Shown here in pieces: positions 14,101-25,364 of a DNA stretch of 64,000 nucleotides (position 1 is its first letter; each line of letters begins with the position of its first letter). Position numbers and translations under genes: made by a program. The notes under the pieces were generated by a model that was given only the letters and a program-made list of their open reading frames with translations, did no database searches and had not been told where the DNA came from. This stretch comes from Lytechinus pictus (Eukaryota), in assembly GCF_037042905.1 (NCBI RefSeq), contig NC_087255.1, forward strand, positions 29,450,001 through 29,514,000. The letters run 5' to 3'.

Positions 14101-15688
14101 AAGTATGTCATACATAAGCGGTTCAAGGGTCGACGCTATATTGTATTTCCGTTGTTTACATGTGGATCGTGGGGTCTACGCAGCATCAGTTAGGTAAGAA
14201 ACCTTTTTTTTTTTTACATTATTATATTTTATCTAACATTTTTAAAACCTTCCTGCGCATTAGGCGTAGGAAGGTGTAAAAATCAATAAAATTCATAAAC
14301 TTTACATGATTTTGGTCTTAAAAGATGGATTTTCTAGGGAAATCCATCTTTGTCTTGGTCCGTCTCTTAATTATCTTAATACAGGCCTCTACAAATAAAA
14401 AAATTATCACTTGCCCTGTCGGGCAAGTGATGAAAAAATTTGCTTGCCCGATAGAAAAAACTGCTTGCCCAATTTTTTCCAAAAATTATTTTGCTCTTAA
14501 TCATATTCTTTTCTGTCCTGGCTGAACTTGATATACTGGCGCTGCCCTTGCCCTTGGCATTTCTTTTTCTTGACTCTTGTTCAAGTTGTTCTGGTCGCCG
14601 ATCACGACAACAAAAGTCGCCTATTTTAGTCTGACGACTCATTGTTTATTTGATTTGAAGTTGAAGCCGAGTCCTGGCCAGGGTGACCAGATTTCACAAA
14701 ATGAAATACAGGACAATCGACAAAAAAAAAGATCAAGAAAGAAGACTACACAGTGTTAGACTTGTAAAAAATTATACAGAATTGGAAGGGAGGGTGAACG
14801 AAAGAATGAAGGAGAGAAAGAAAAGAGATGAATTGAGAAGAAAGAAAGAAAAAATGAAGGGGAAAATGAAGGAAATAATAAAAAATATAAGAAAGTTCTA
14901 ATAAAAGAAGGATGAGAGAGAGAATAAAAATAGATAAAAAGGTTTCCGTCATTCTTTGAATTGAATATAGAAAGAAAAAAAAAGAAAAGAAGGGAAGATG
15001 AATAAATGTGTGAAAGTCACATAAAATACGGGACGTCTGGTCACCCTGATCCTGGCCGAGTCAGTCCGAAGCTTGCATGCATTCAGCGCGATCTAGCTCT
15101 CGAGTCGACTGGCTCGCGATCGCTCGTGTACGTCCGTACATGTACTGTAGCGCTCAGAGGGCGAGAGAGGGGTTTTCAATTAGTAGCGCATGCGCACAGT
15201 GTAGTTTAGAAAGTAAGATGGCAGCCCCCATCGAACGGGACCGCTGGGCGCTGGCGATAAATTGTCGGTAAATTGGCGCTGATTTGACATGTTTCCACTG
15301 TTTTTTTACTGGTATGAGAGATAATTGGCCGATGATTGCAATCTATCAAACAATTATTAAACTTTTACTGTCAATTTATCCTTTTCATTATCAAAACAAC
15401 CACTTGCCCGATCGCGCAATTGACTTTGAAAAAATGCTTGCCCGCACGTCAATTTCACTTGCCCCGGGCAAGCGGGTTTGTCGCGCCCTGCTTAATATTA
15501 ATCACTCTAGGCGACACCCCAATACTTACCCGCGTTAATAAACTGGGACTCCACTCACGCGCATTTGGGCCGCCCTAGCTTAGAACTAAGCAATATTATC
15601 TAGAAATTGTTAAACTCTAGTCATAAAATATGTTCTATTAAATAAATTGATAATGTTTAATCGGTACTCACCGGTTCTTTTGTTGCAT
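5136..15688 (-). CDS. IFT74: Intraflagellar transport protein 74 (IFT-B subunit), 5' portion; remaining exons presumably lie left of the window
   Basis: GT-AG exons with consistent phases: 15672-15688, 12620-12731, 11330-11387, 9937-10014, 8803-8950, 8310-8370, 6227-6286, 5815-5876, 5136-5214. Translation MQQKNRNRPPSG...[17 protein letters not shown]...[57 protein letters not shown]...[51 protein letters not shown]... matches recalled IFT74 motifs (RPVTQQGL, DKSYYLGLLR, ELQGQLADYN, LVDKLNT). The 17-nt first exon is the least certain. Confidence 0.93.
6588..7314. mobile_element. piggyBac-type MITE
   Basis: TTAA on both flanks. Termini C(G)CTTAGAAGACTGGG ... CCCAGTCTACTTAGGG. Confidence 0.75.
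9014..9583. mobile_element. Same MITE family as 4047-4618, opposite orientation
   Basis: Reverse-complement match along its length. TSD GGAAACTT at 9006-9013 and 9584-9591. Confidence 0.92.
10127..10711. mobile_element. Kolobok-type MITE (TTAA TSD, AGG...CCT termini)
   Basis: TTAA|AGGTCAAGTCCACC ... GGTGGACTTGTCCT|TTAA with long imperfect inverted arms. Confidence 0.85.
11682..12082 (-). mobile_element. tRNA-derived SINE (Nin-domain-like)
   Basis: Minus-strand head GGGAGCGAGTTAGATCAGTGGGTAA...GGTTCGAGTCC (A and B boxes), central TGCACGTTAAGAATCC motif, (AAT)n tail. Confidence 0.65.
13955..14161. repeat. Near-perfect 207-bp palindrome (97/99-bp arms, 11-nt loop)
   Basis: 13955-14051 is the reverse complement of 14063-14161 except for one substitution and one 2-nt indel. 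Confidence 0.95.
14382..15490. mobile_element. hAT-like MITE with subterminal CTTGCCC repeats
   Basis: CAGG...CCTG termini, CTTAATA on both flanks, CTTGCCC/GGGCAAG clusters at both ends. Confidence 0.65.
14679..15048. mobile_element. hAT-like MITE nested in the preceding element
   Basis: TIR CAGGGTGACCAGA ... TCTGGTCACCCTG. TSD GTCCTGGC/ATCCTGGC (7 of 8 match). Confidence 0.8.
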
Positions 15689-16170
15689 TTTCAGACCATT
15701 TCTCACAATTCTTCGTAAATATTTGCGGCAAATTTTGTCGCCATAGACAGCTATACGTCCATCTTTATTAATAAATGGAGCGCCCTTTACGATAGTTGTT
15801 AATGCCGCGGAGAAATCGTTAGGCATTTTGGCCTGTGTTCAAGGCGTTCTTTCTGTTTTATTTTTTATATTGAAGATTGTGCATTTGTTGAATAGCGCCG
15901 TCTACGTCAGGTATGAGATCGAGTGTATAAATACACTCTTCCAAAATAATTATGATTCCGACCTGGCGCTGTTTAACTTCAATCTCTTTCACCTAAATTA
16001 GCGATGAATGCTAGCATTATAAAATATATATTATTAACGTCTGACGAAAAGAATAATCAACCGATCAGCTGACGAGAACGCGAATCACGTGATCTTCATA
16101 TCAGCTTCGATCGCGAGTCAGAAGTGAAGAGCAACTGCCCAGAAAATCTGGAAAAAGCCGTGAAAATGTA
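15689..16170. promoter_or_regulatory. Putative bidirectional promoter of IFT74 and PHF24, including a probable non-coding PHF24 exon 1
   Basis: IFT74 ATG at 15688 (minus). Plus-strand donor AAAAT|GTAAGT near 16167. CpG-richer than its surroundings. X-box-like GTCGCCATAGACAG at 15737-15750 and E-box TCACGTGA near 16086. Confidence 0.55.
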
Positions 16171-17536
16171 AGTTCCCCTTCATTTCTTTCATTTTTTTGT
16201 TGTTGCCAACGATGCATTTACACTATAAAATTATAATTTAAATAAGAGAAAGGAATATAGCTTGTACTTGTGATATAATATAGAAATATCCTGTTCTCAG
16301 AGATTTCTAACCAAAAATACTACTGATGTCGCCTATGAGGTCCATACATGTAATGTTGGACCTCATTGGTACTAGGAGTGGGAGTGAGGCTAGACAGCTG
16401 GTAGCCGTCTGTTTCGAGGAGTTTTTAAACATTTATTTTTTAAATTTCTCCTCATACACAGACGGCTCGCTATCGTGCAGCCACCATTTGGGGACTTACA
16501 ATGCAAAATCCCCCCGTCGGGGCTCTTCAATTTTTGTCTTTAATGAATCAAACTTTTGAAAATTAACGCGACCGAAATGCAAATTAATATTCCCTCTTGG
16601 CATTAATTGCCAGAAAACGGGGGAAATCAAGTTAAAAGGAACAAAAACAGTGACTTACCTCGGCTGTCGCGCAACTTCACTGCCCTGTTTTATCCGAACT
16701 TAATACACATAAACATATGGCCATTGAGTCCCCTGTACAGATCGCGCTAGAACTTCGGTCTCTGTATTTGGTGAGTGAAGCCAACGGAGTTCAGCTGAAC
16801 AACCAACATAACAGAGACCGAAGCTTTTGGTCTAGAGTGAGGCAAGCCAATATTAAAATTAAATATGGACAAAAAATAAAAAAGCCCCTAAAAATAAGAA
16901 CTATTTCCTACCGGAACACATGATAGTATATGAAATGAAATTGGGAGGTATTTTGCGTAATCATATTTCCTTTTTTTAATCACAAATAGATGATTTTCTG
17001 AATTCTGTGAAAAAAATTTCAATGCAAAATCAACGAGTTCGACGAAGCCAACATAAACTCTAACGTATGGGACTGTGCTAGACTTTTTTGTCGATCCTTG
17101 CTCCATTTTTTCCAAAAAAAGTATTTTCCTTAAATGGATCATGAAACGAAACATTCATTCCCATGACAATATCTAATAAAATTCAAAAGTAGCTATACTC
17201 ACATAGATGTGACAACAACTTATGACTTCCAAAATGTGTTTTTTTAATCGCTTGGCGTCGGTGGTCGCTATGCGATTTTGGGTACAAAACTATGTGCGCA
17301 CTGCATGATGGGAATATTGACAATGCCGGCGGCCCTCTACGTCGCGTCATGTTGCAATCAAGCCGAGTCGCGATTTGGCAATATCTGAATATGGATTTTG
17401 ATTGGTCAAAAGTTCGCAGCCTCTAGCCTATTGCGATCTCGAGTGGAGGAACAACTTGTCAAGTTTTGGCTTTGGATTGTTAACTTTTTTATCTAGCCTA
17501 AATCCTGTCGATTCTTAGTCTTACCAAAAGATCAAG

Positions 17537-20500
17537 ATGGGAAACGCAGTTATGAAGTATAGGAAAGAAAGGATACAAAAGAGAGCACAGCAGGCAGGCA
17601 GGATTGGTTTGATAGCAAATGTTTTCTTATCTGCTGGCAAAAAGGGAGCTGCACCAATCAAAGCTGCTGGAGCAACGCCTTTTGACACGGGACAAAGTAG
17701 GCAGCAAGACGGGACTACAACAAGCAGCACGACTGCAACTGAAAGCCAGAGACAGAGTGACACGGCAAAAGGAAACGCCACACTGCCCACAGGCACAATT
17801 CCATCATGGATGAGACCTTTTCAAAAAATGAACAGGTAGATATTCACTTAGGCCTACTGAATAGTCTAGATCTACATTATTTTTGCTTGATCCGTGTCGA
17901 TGGGAATTAGAGTAGGACTAGGACCTAGTCTAGATCGACTAAATCAAACCAGCCTGCTAGGGCTAGGCCTAGCCCTAGCCTAATGTAGACTCAAGCCCGA
18001 ACACATTGTCGAGGTCCCCGGAGCCCTAACGTTAGGCCTAACCTTGGCAGGGCTAGGTTAGGATAGGGTAGGCAATATGTAAATGGCACTTGTGCTGTAG
18101 ACTAGACATGTGTCCAAAAAGTAAATAGGTGAGTTGGCCTCAAATTTTCTTTCTTTATAAAAAGTTTATTTTGAGTGATCAATGTAGGCCTAGTTAAATT
18201 TTGCGACATCTTCAAATTTTCTGGCACTCAACTTCCAAGTTGAGTAGAACTCAAGTTGATCAATTAATTATCATGTGACATGTTTCCATTTCCAAGGCTC
18301 CTCACAGAGGTCAGACAAAGGCTCAAAGTCAAACAGTCGTTAGGTCAGCATAAAAATAACTTTAAAATGCCTATTTTTAGCCACTAGCCCACAATATAGC
18401 CTAGGGCTAGGCTAGTATGGGGATGAGCGATTGCTACATCATGCATTTCCATTCCAGGCATATTTTATGGAGTAGGGTCTAGATAGATCTAGCCTACATG
18501 TATTTATCTAAATAATTTAGATATCTACAATAGTACATGTAAGCCTTATTTTTCACTCTTTTAAGTTTCATTTCTGTAACAAAGTTCAAGTTACTTGTAC
18601 TTGTTTCAGCAAGAGATTTTCTTTATACGCACCGTACTCCGTAGGCATTCTGATGAGCCGAAAGAAACAACACAGATATCATACAACGGACAGCGTTCAG
18701 AGAGACAGGCAGAACGTCAGAAACTTGCCCTTGAAGAAGCTAAATTTGGCACGGCACCAGCCAACCTAGAATACGAATCCATGCTTGAAGTAAGACTATA
18801 CATCTACATTTTATGTCATAATTTACACTCCAATAAATTGATATAGGTCTGCATGTACATTTATCTTCTAGGCATATGTTTGCTTTTTTTTTTTTTTGGG
18901 GGGGGGATAATAATGCATTCTTCAGAACTATCTTTTCCCCAAAACATTAAAGGCAATGAGTATTTGTTTAAGTACATATACTAACTGAGTTTTAGAACTG
19001 TGTAGAATGAAGATTTCTATCCTATCATGAGTTGATTGCCTTTGTTTTAAACAAATTTTCCCATCCATGGTTAAATCTTTTGTTAGACTGAGATCTAAGT
19101 AATTATGGTACTATCTGCCTTCCCCTATTCTGAGGTGCAGCCTGTCACCACTGTCAGTGCTGACCAGTGTTTTTTTTTAGTTGATATCTTTATGTTACAT
19201 AACTTTCATATTACTGATACTTTACTGTCTTTGTCAAGTCTGTTACTTTTAGGGAGTCCTACCTACAAGCTTGGGGGCTCCCATATCATTAAAAAAAATC
19301 ATCATGTTCTGTTGCATTGTACGTTGTATGTATAACTGCCCCATTTGACCCATACATGTAGTCTGACATTGATGTGAACTGTGCGCTATGCAACATGGTG
19401 AAGAATGACGTCATCCATGAGTGCAGGATCTGTGGGAGGTGTTCGCATCAGAAATGCCTTGAATCTGGTGGCTACTGCTGTGATGTCAATTTTGCCACGG
19501 CCTTGAAGAACTCGGAAGAAGAGGTCGGATGGAGCTGCTCAGAATGTGTAAGTGTTCTTCAATGAATTCTTGTGTATAGTGTTTTTTAATCATTGTTTTC
19601 AACTCATTTTTGTCTCGCCTGCATAGCAGAGCGAGACTATAGGCGCCGCTTTTCCGACGGCGACGGCGGCGGCGACGGCGGCGGCGGCGTCAACATCAAA
19701 TCTTAACCTAAGGTTAAGTTTTTGAAATGACATCATAACTTAAAAAGTATATGGACCTAGTTCATGAAACTTGGACATAAGGTTAATCAAGTATTACTAA
19801 ACATCCTGCTTGAGTTTCAGGTCACATGACTAAGGTCAAAGGTCATTTAGGGTCAATGAACTTAGACCATGTTGGGAGAATTATTTTCAAAATCTTAACC
19901 TAAGGTTAAGTTTTTGAAATGACATCATAACTTAGAAAGTATATGGACCTAGTTCATGAAACTTGGACATAAGTTTAATCAAGTATTACTGAACATCCTG
20001 CTTGAGTTTCAGGTCACATGACCAAGGTCAAAGGTCATTTAGGGTCAATAAACTTTGGTCAAGTTGGGGGTATTTGTTGAATTACTATCATAACTTTGAA
20101 AATTTATGGATCTAGTTCATGAAACTTGGACATAAGGTTAATCAAGTATTAGTGAACATCCTGCCTGAGTTTCAGGTCACATGGCCAAGGTCAAAGGTCA
20201 TTTAGGGTCAATGAACTTTGGCCAAGTTGGGGGTATTTGTTGAATTACCTTCATAACTTTGAAAATTTATGGATCTAGTTCATGAAACTTGGACATTAGG
20301 TTAATCAAGTACCACTGAATATCCTGTGCAAGTTTCAGGTCACATGACCATGGTCAATGGTCATTTAAGGTCAATGAACTTTAGCCGTGTTGGGAGTCTT
20401 TGTTAAATTACCATCCTAACTCTGAAGGTTTATGGATCTAGTTCATAAAACTTGGACATAAGAGTAATCGAGTATCACTGAACATCTTGTACGAGTTTCA

Positions 20501-23500
20501 GGTCACATGACCATGGTCAAAGGTCATTTAAGGTCAATGAACATTGGCCGTGTTGGGGGTATTTGTTGAATTACCATCCTAACTCTGAAGTTTATGGATC
20601 TATTTCATAAAACTTGGGATATAAGAGTAATTAAGTATCACTAAACATCCCCTGTGAGTATCAGGTCACAAAACCAAGGTCAAAGGTCAGTTAAGGTCAA
20701 TAAACTTAGGCCATGTTGGGGTAATTGTTGAATTGCCATCATAACTTTGAAAGTTTATGGATAGAGTGAATGAAATGTGGACATGGGTGTATTTGACCAT
20801 ATGAATGGTGTTTTTGTGAATGATTATTTTATAGTAGTTTTCAAAGTTAGCACTGCTGCTATATTAAATTGCGTAATGCAGGCGAGACTGCCAGAGGCGT
20901 TCCACTTGTCTTATGTTCATATCATTACTCATCCACTTTCATCATTACACAGAAACTTTATTTGAAAGAATTATAACAAGTGTATCAATCTTTAGTTTTG
21001 AATTTTCTCCATTAATTACCTGAAAACGAAATATAGGCCAACCTCAAATTTAGGTTAAAAAATCATAACAATTTTGCATACATTCCTTGATTAAGTGATG
21101 ATAATGATGAATTCACCTCAGTCGAGCCATGACTAAATATTTACATTTTTTTTTATATCAAAGGAGTCCATTGGAAACCTTATTACACTGGTTGAGATGG
21201 ATGGACTAATGGAAAAGTTTGACAGATATGACAGAGATGAAGGTAAGTTACTGTAGGTATTTTAGGAATAATCCTCTCTGAGGAGCTTATCTTGTTGGAA
21301 AGAACACAGTGTCATACAGTGTGTTTACATAGTGGACTTGTGAAAATATTATTTGCATTGTTAAAGTGCCAGAATTTCTTTTCACACTGTGGACACCTCG
21401 ACAGCGTGACTGTTCACATCGTGCTCACATGGTCGACTACGTGATTCACGCTGTTGAAATGTTTAGATTTAACAGTATGAAGGTGATTTCACATTGTGTT
21501 CCCCTCTGTGAACACACTATGGCACACACGTGGGACACTGTTCTTTTCAGTAGGGTAACGACACTTCAAGACTCCTTCAGTCACAGATCCACTGAGGCGA
21601 GCGAGCCCAGACTCACCTCCAGGCCATACTGTTTTCTTGTTACTGTGCTTGCCCCCCCCCCAAAAAAAAAAAAAATAATAAAAATAAAAATGGTGGCCCT
21701 AAATTTGTTGGGGAATAGTGCCTCCTTCCACCTTGGATCCGCCCCGTTCTCCTTCACAAAAGACCCATACGCTTAAATACCTTTAACAAAAACACTGGGA
21801 AATGAATTGTCAATGTAGAGGTAATTTACAGTGGCAATGTGATTTATATTTCTATATAAACAAGGAAAGTTGGTAAAGCTTATTCTGTTATAATTTTGCC
21901 ATGGGCAAAAAAATATTATAAATTGTAGTAATATAAATTAACTGTTTTCCTTGAAGTGGATATATGTACATGATCAAGTAATGTTGTGGTAGTCTGGCTT
22001 TAAGAACAAAGATAATTATAAATATATTTTATTCAGGATATAATTTCTATCTCAGATTGTCTCATTTCATACATTTTTTTCAAGAAAAAAAACAACCAAA
22101 TTAGCTTCCAGTAATATGAAACAATTGCTATATAGTCATTTTTAACGGTTAGACCAAGTGTAATTTAACAAAACAATATACGTATTCATCCATCTCATTT
22201 GATGAAGTAAATTTGTGTTTGAAATTATGCTGAGCAAATAAAAAAATTCTTGGATTTTGTGAAAGAAGAGTGATTTTTTTTCAGTATAGTTTGACAAAAT
22301 TACTTTATGAACCACAGCTTGTATAACGTACATACTATTGCAAAACTTAGTTTGTTGTATAAATTACAAAATTTGTAGATTCGAAGATATCTTGGGCAGA
22401 TTACCGAGCAGTAGAGACATCATCAGCTACTGAAAGTAACGCAAAGGAAAAGGTAGGGAACATATATTTTTATTACATTCGTATTTCATTGCAACATGGT
22501 GCTAACGTTGTTTATTTATATGGTCGTTTGTTTTTTTAGGGGGGTAATTAATATATAATGTTTTGTGAGGGTGTGTGTGTGTGTAATACACACGTACTCA
22601 ATTATCTATTTGTATGTCAGTTTCATCCTCCACGTAAGAATGAACAATAAGTATACATGCTTTTATGCCTCTAAGAAATTATTTATACATTAACCTGACA
22701 AAAATTGTTTTTACCCTGAGAAAATGTAATCATTATCCAGAATTGTTAAATTTACTTTCTCTCTTCATTAAATCCCTCCGATCTTCATCAAATTGTTTCA
22801 TGGTTTTTACAACAGAGCAATGAAGATTGATTATGAAAATTCCTTCATACTTCATCGCAATCACTGTAATCATTCAGTTGAGACTTATAAGATCATATTC
22901 TGAAATTCTCAGAGAGAAAATATTATTCATCGGGGTTGATGGTTAAACATTCTAAAATGCGCAGTGAATTTAATCTATTTACTATTTTCTTGCATGTCCT
23001 TACATCATTTGCATTTGAAAATCTAACAATCCCATTCCTGGTATCGCGCATTGCAATTTACTCCACATTTTGAAAGACTGCTATGCATAAAGTCTTTTGT
23101 ATAGCATATTTTACATAGGACTGTACATTACTTAGTTGAGAGCTTTTCTCTTATGAACAAAACTGCATTTATTGTCAATATCAAAGACTAATTATAAGTT
23201 CAATGCTGATTTTTTTTTAGTTCTTTCAGTATGATACTGATGGAGACGGCATTGTTTCCTGGGAAGACTATTTACTTGTTGAAGCTCTTGATATTCTGGA
23301 AAAACAACCTCAGGTAAATGCAAAAGTTGAAATCATTTATTATTATTATCATTATACTAATTATTATTATATATATTAGTATTATTATAAGTAGTAGTAG
23401 TAGTGTAGTAGTATTATCACTATAGACATGAAGAAATCTGCACATGTCTAATTAGCCATAACTTTACTGATACTTTACTGGTATTTTGGGTAATGTGAAT

Positions 23501-25364
23501 ATTTGAAACATTTTTTTTTGGAAAAGTAAGAAGCATTTTATAATTCTTTGAGCTAGTCTCATTTCATTTCACTTTTTTCTTTTACTCTTCATTTGTTTTC
23601 GTTGTGTTGTTCTTTATTCGTTTTTATCACTTTAAAAATTGTGGAGGGGGTCTGTTGCCCCCTGCTTTCTATTGTATAGTAACTGGGTCATATATTACAA
23701 AACAACGCACTTGTAACATGAACCGGAACATGAATAATGAGCAACTACAGAAATTGACCAGCTGATGTTTTGTTGCTGATAGTGAAATAGTGAATAACAT
23801 GTTTTGAAAGTTATGTAACAAGATATTGGGGTTATCATGTCCATACCTCAAGGTTCAACTGATGATGTTCCTAGTGCCAAAGGAGATAGAGCGCATTAAG
23901 AATTGTTTCAGGATGAAGGATGATCATAACACAGGAGTCATCTCCGTAGCTGCAGCAGCCGAGGCTTATTCAAACTGGCTCACTGCCCAAGGGTTAGTAA
24001 ACCCAAGCACGAATCCAGGGGTCAAGCAGGCATTGCCCACCCCCCCCAACACACCTTTTTTTTGGTCTGTCAAATTTTGTTTAACATTTTCTTTTGGGTC
24101 ATTCACTTATTAAAAGAAAATCCCCCCTGTAAATTCGGGTCTGCCCCTTGGTAAACTAAATATTTTTTTTCTCATTCATTTTATATTGTTCACTATCATG
24201 ACAGGGGCCGCAGAAGCGACGGGGGGGGGGGGGGGCTTCAGCCTCCCCCCACTTTTTTTTCCCAAACCGTGTACAAAAAGGTAAAAATGACCATAGGATT
24301 GTGATTTTTTACATGGTCAGCCCCCCCCCCCCCCCACTTTGAAAACCGTTCCGCGGCCCCTGCATAACGTAATTTCAATTGATAATTCTTGAAAGTTTTC
24401 TATCAGAAAACGTAAATATTATTATAATGATGATAATTGTAAGAAAATATATATAACGAATTAACTGATGATAATGATCAATGAATGAATGAATGATATG
24501 TAGCAAAAGTAAATCCTTAAAACATTGAGATTCACTTCTTAATGACATGAACACTTCCATTTGCAAGAAAAGTCAGTGCTTTGTTGGTCTCCTGTCAATA
24601 AAAATGTTTTTTTTTTTTTTTAGCAGTATGGAAACTTTACTAATTTAAACAGAAGTCATTCCCATTGCAATCACTATATACATGCACATGGCATATATTT
24701 ATTTCTATATTGTAAAATGGCAAAATTGACTGAACTAATATTTTTTATTCCAGGTTAGAGTCAAGTCAAGAGGGAAGAAATGTTCAAGAACAAATGTACA
24801 ATCCATCAAATAAACGAAAGTAAGTATCTTTTGGTCTTTTCTAAGTGCCATGTGTTTTTTTTTTTTTTTTTAGAAAACATTTACCTCGTAATGATCATAA
24901 TTTCTATTTGTTATCCTAAACTATCAACCTTTCTCATTCTGGTATACAATATTTGACTCACGGCTTCCAAGGTAAAGGCACCCGTCCGATCGTGAATTTC
25001 TTGTACAGTCTTCAATCCTTTTGACTTTACATGATGATCCAACCTTCAATTCCCATGGACATAAATGATTAAAACCTGAAATTTATGAATGACACTCTGA
25101 CCTGAAAATGGGAGATTTTTTTTATAGATATTGTACAATCCCTTGTGTTTTTTAAATTCTTTTTTATATATATATAAATCGCTACATATCTATATGATGA
25201 TATTCAGTTTGTATTAAATTCATTTTTGTGACTTTTTGTTGTTGCTAAGGTTGATTTCTTGGGAGAGGTTTATCCGACAACACGCCCTAGCCATCTTGAG
25301 TGCTCGGCCCAACACAGCAACTATCACCCCTTATATTAGGGGTCACCCCAGTACAGGATTATAG
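17537..25364 (+). CDS. PHF24: PHD finger protein 24-like (KIAA1045/GINIP), 398 aa, PHD-type Zn finger plus EF-hand-like loops
   Basis: Exons 17537-17835, 18645-18789, 19362-19547, 21164-21242, 22379-22452, 23221-23313, 23853-23992, 24754-24819, 25250-25364, all GT-AG and in frame (1197 nt). Motifs CALC...CRICGRCSHQKC...GWSCSEC, KEIERIKNCF and C-terminal ISWERFIRQHALAILSARPN match recalled PHF24 (GWSCHYC, KERERAR, WPTF...ILAARPN). Confidence 0.88.
19607..20910 (+). mobile_element. Helentron-associated non-autonomous element (HINE/DINE-1-like) with an internal ~163-bp tandem array
   Basis: 5' T-run, subterminal inverted repeat GTCTCGCCTGCA ... TGCAGGCGAGAC, (GGC)n microsatellite, about 6.5 units (anchors at 19763, 19955, 20118, 20281, 20444, 20606), 3' CACTTGT. 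Confidence 0.8.
21300..21553. mobile_element. Interspersed repeat (probable MITE); second copy at ~45700-45923
   Basis: Shared TTTTCACACTGTGGACACCTCGAC...TTTTCAGTAGG. Confidence 0.6.
24202..24362. mobile_element. Short MITE with poly-G/poly-C tracts
   Basis: CAGGGGCCGCAGAA ... TTCCGCGGCCCCTG termini. Confidence 0.65.

Noticed and set aside
19740-20790. CRISPR-like array (also 69-261)
   Set aside because: Eukaryotic context, whole units repeat with no unique spacers, and there are no cas genes.
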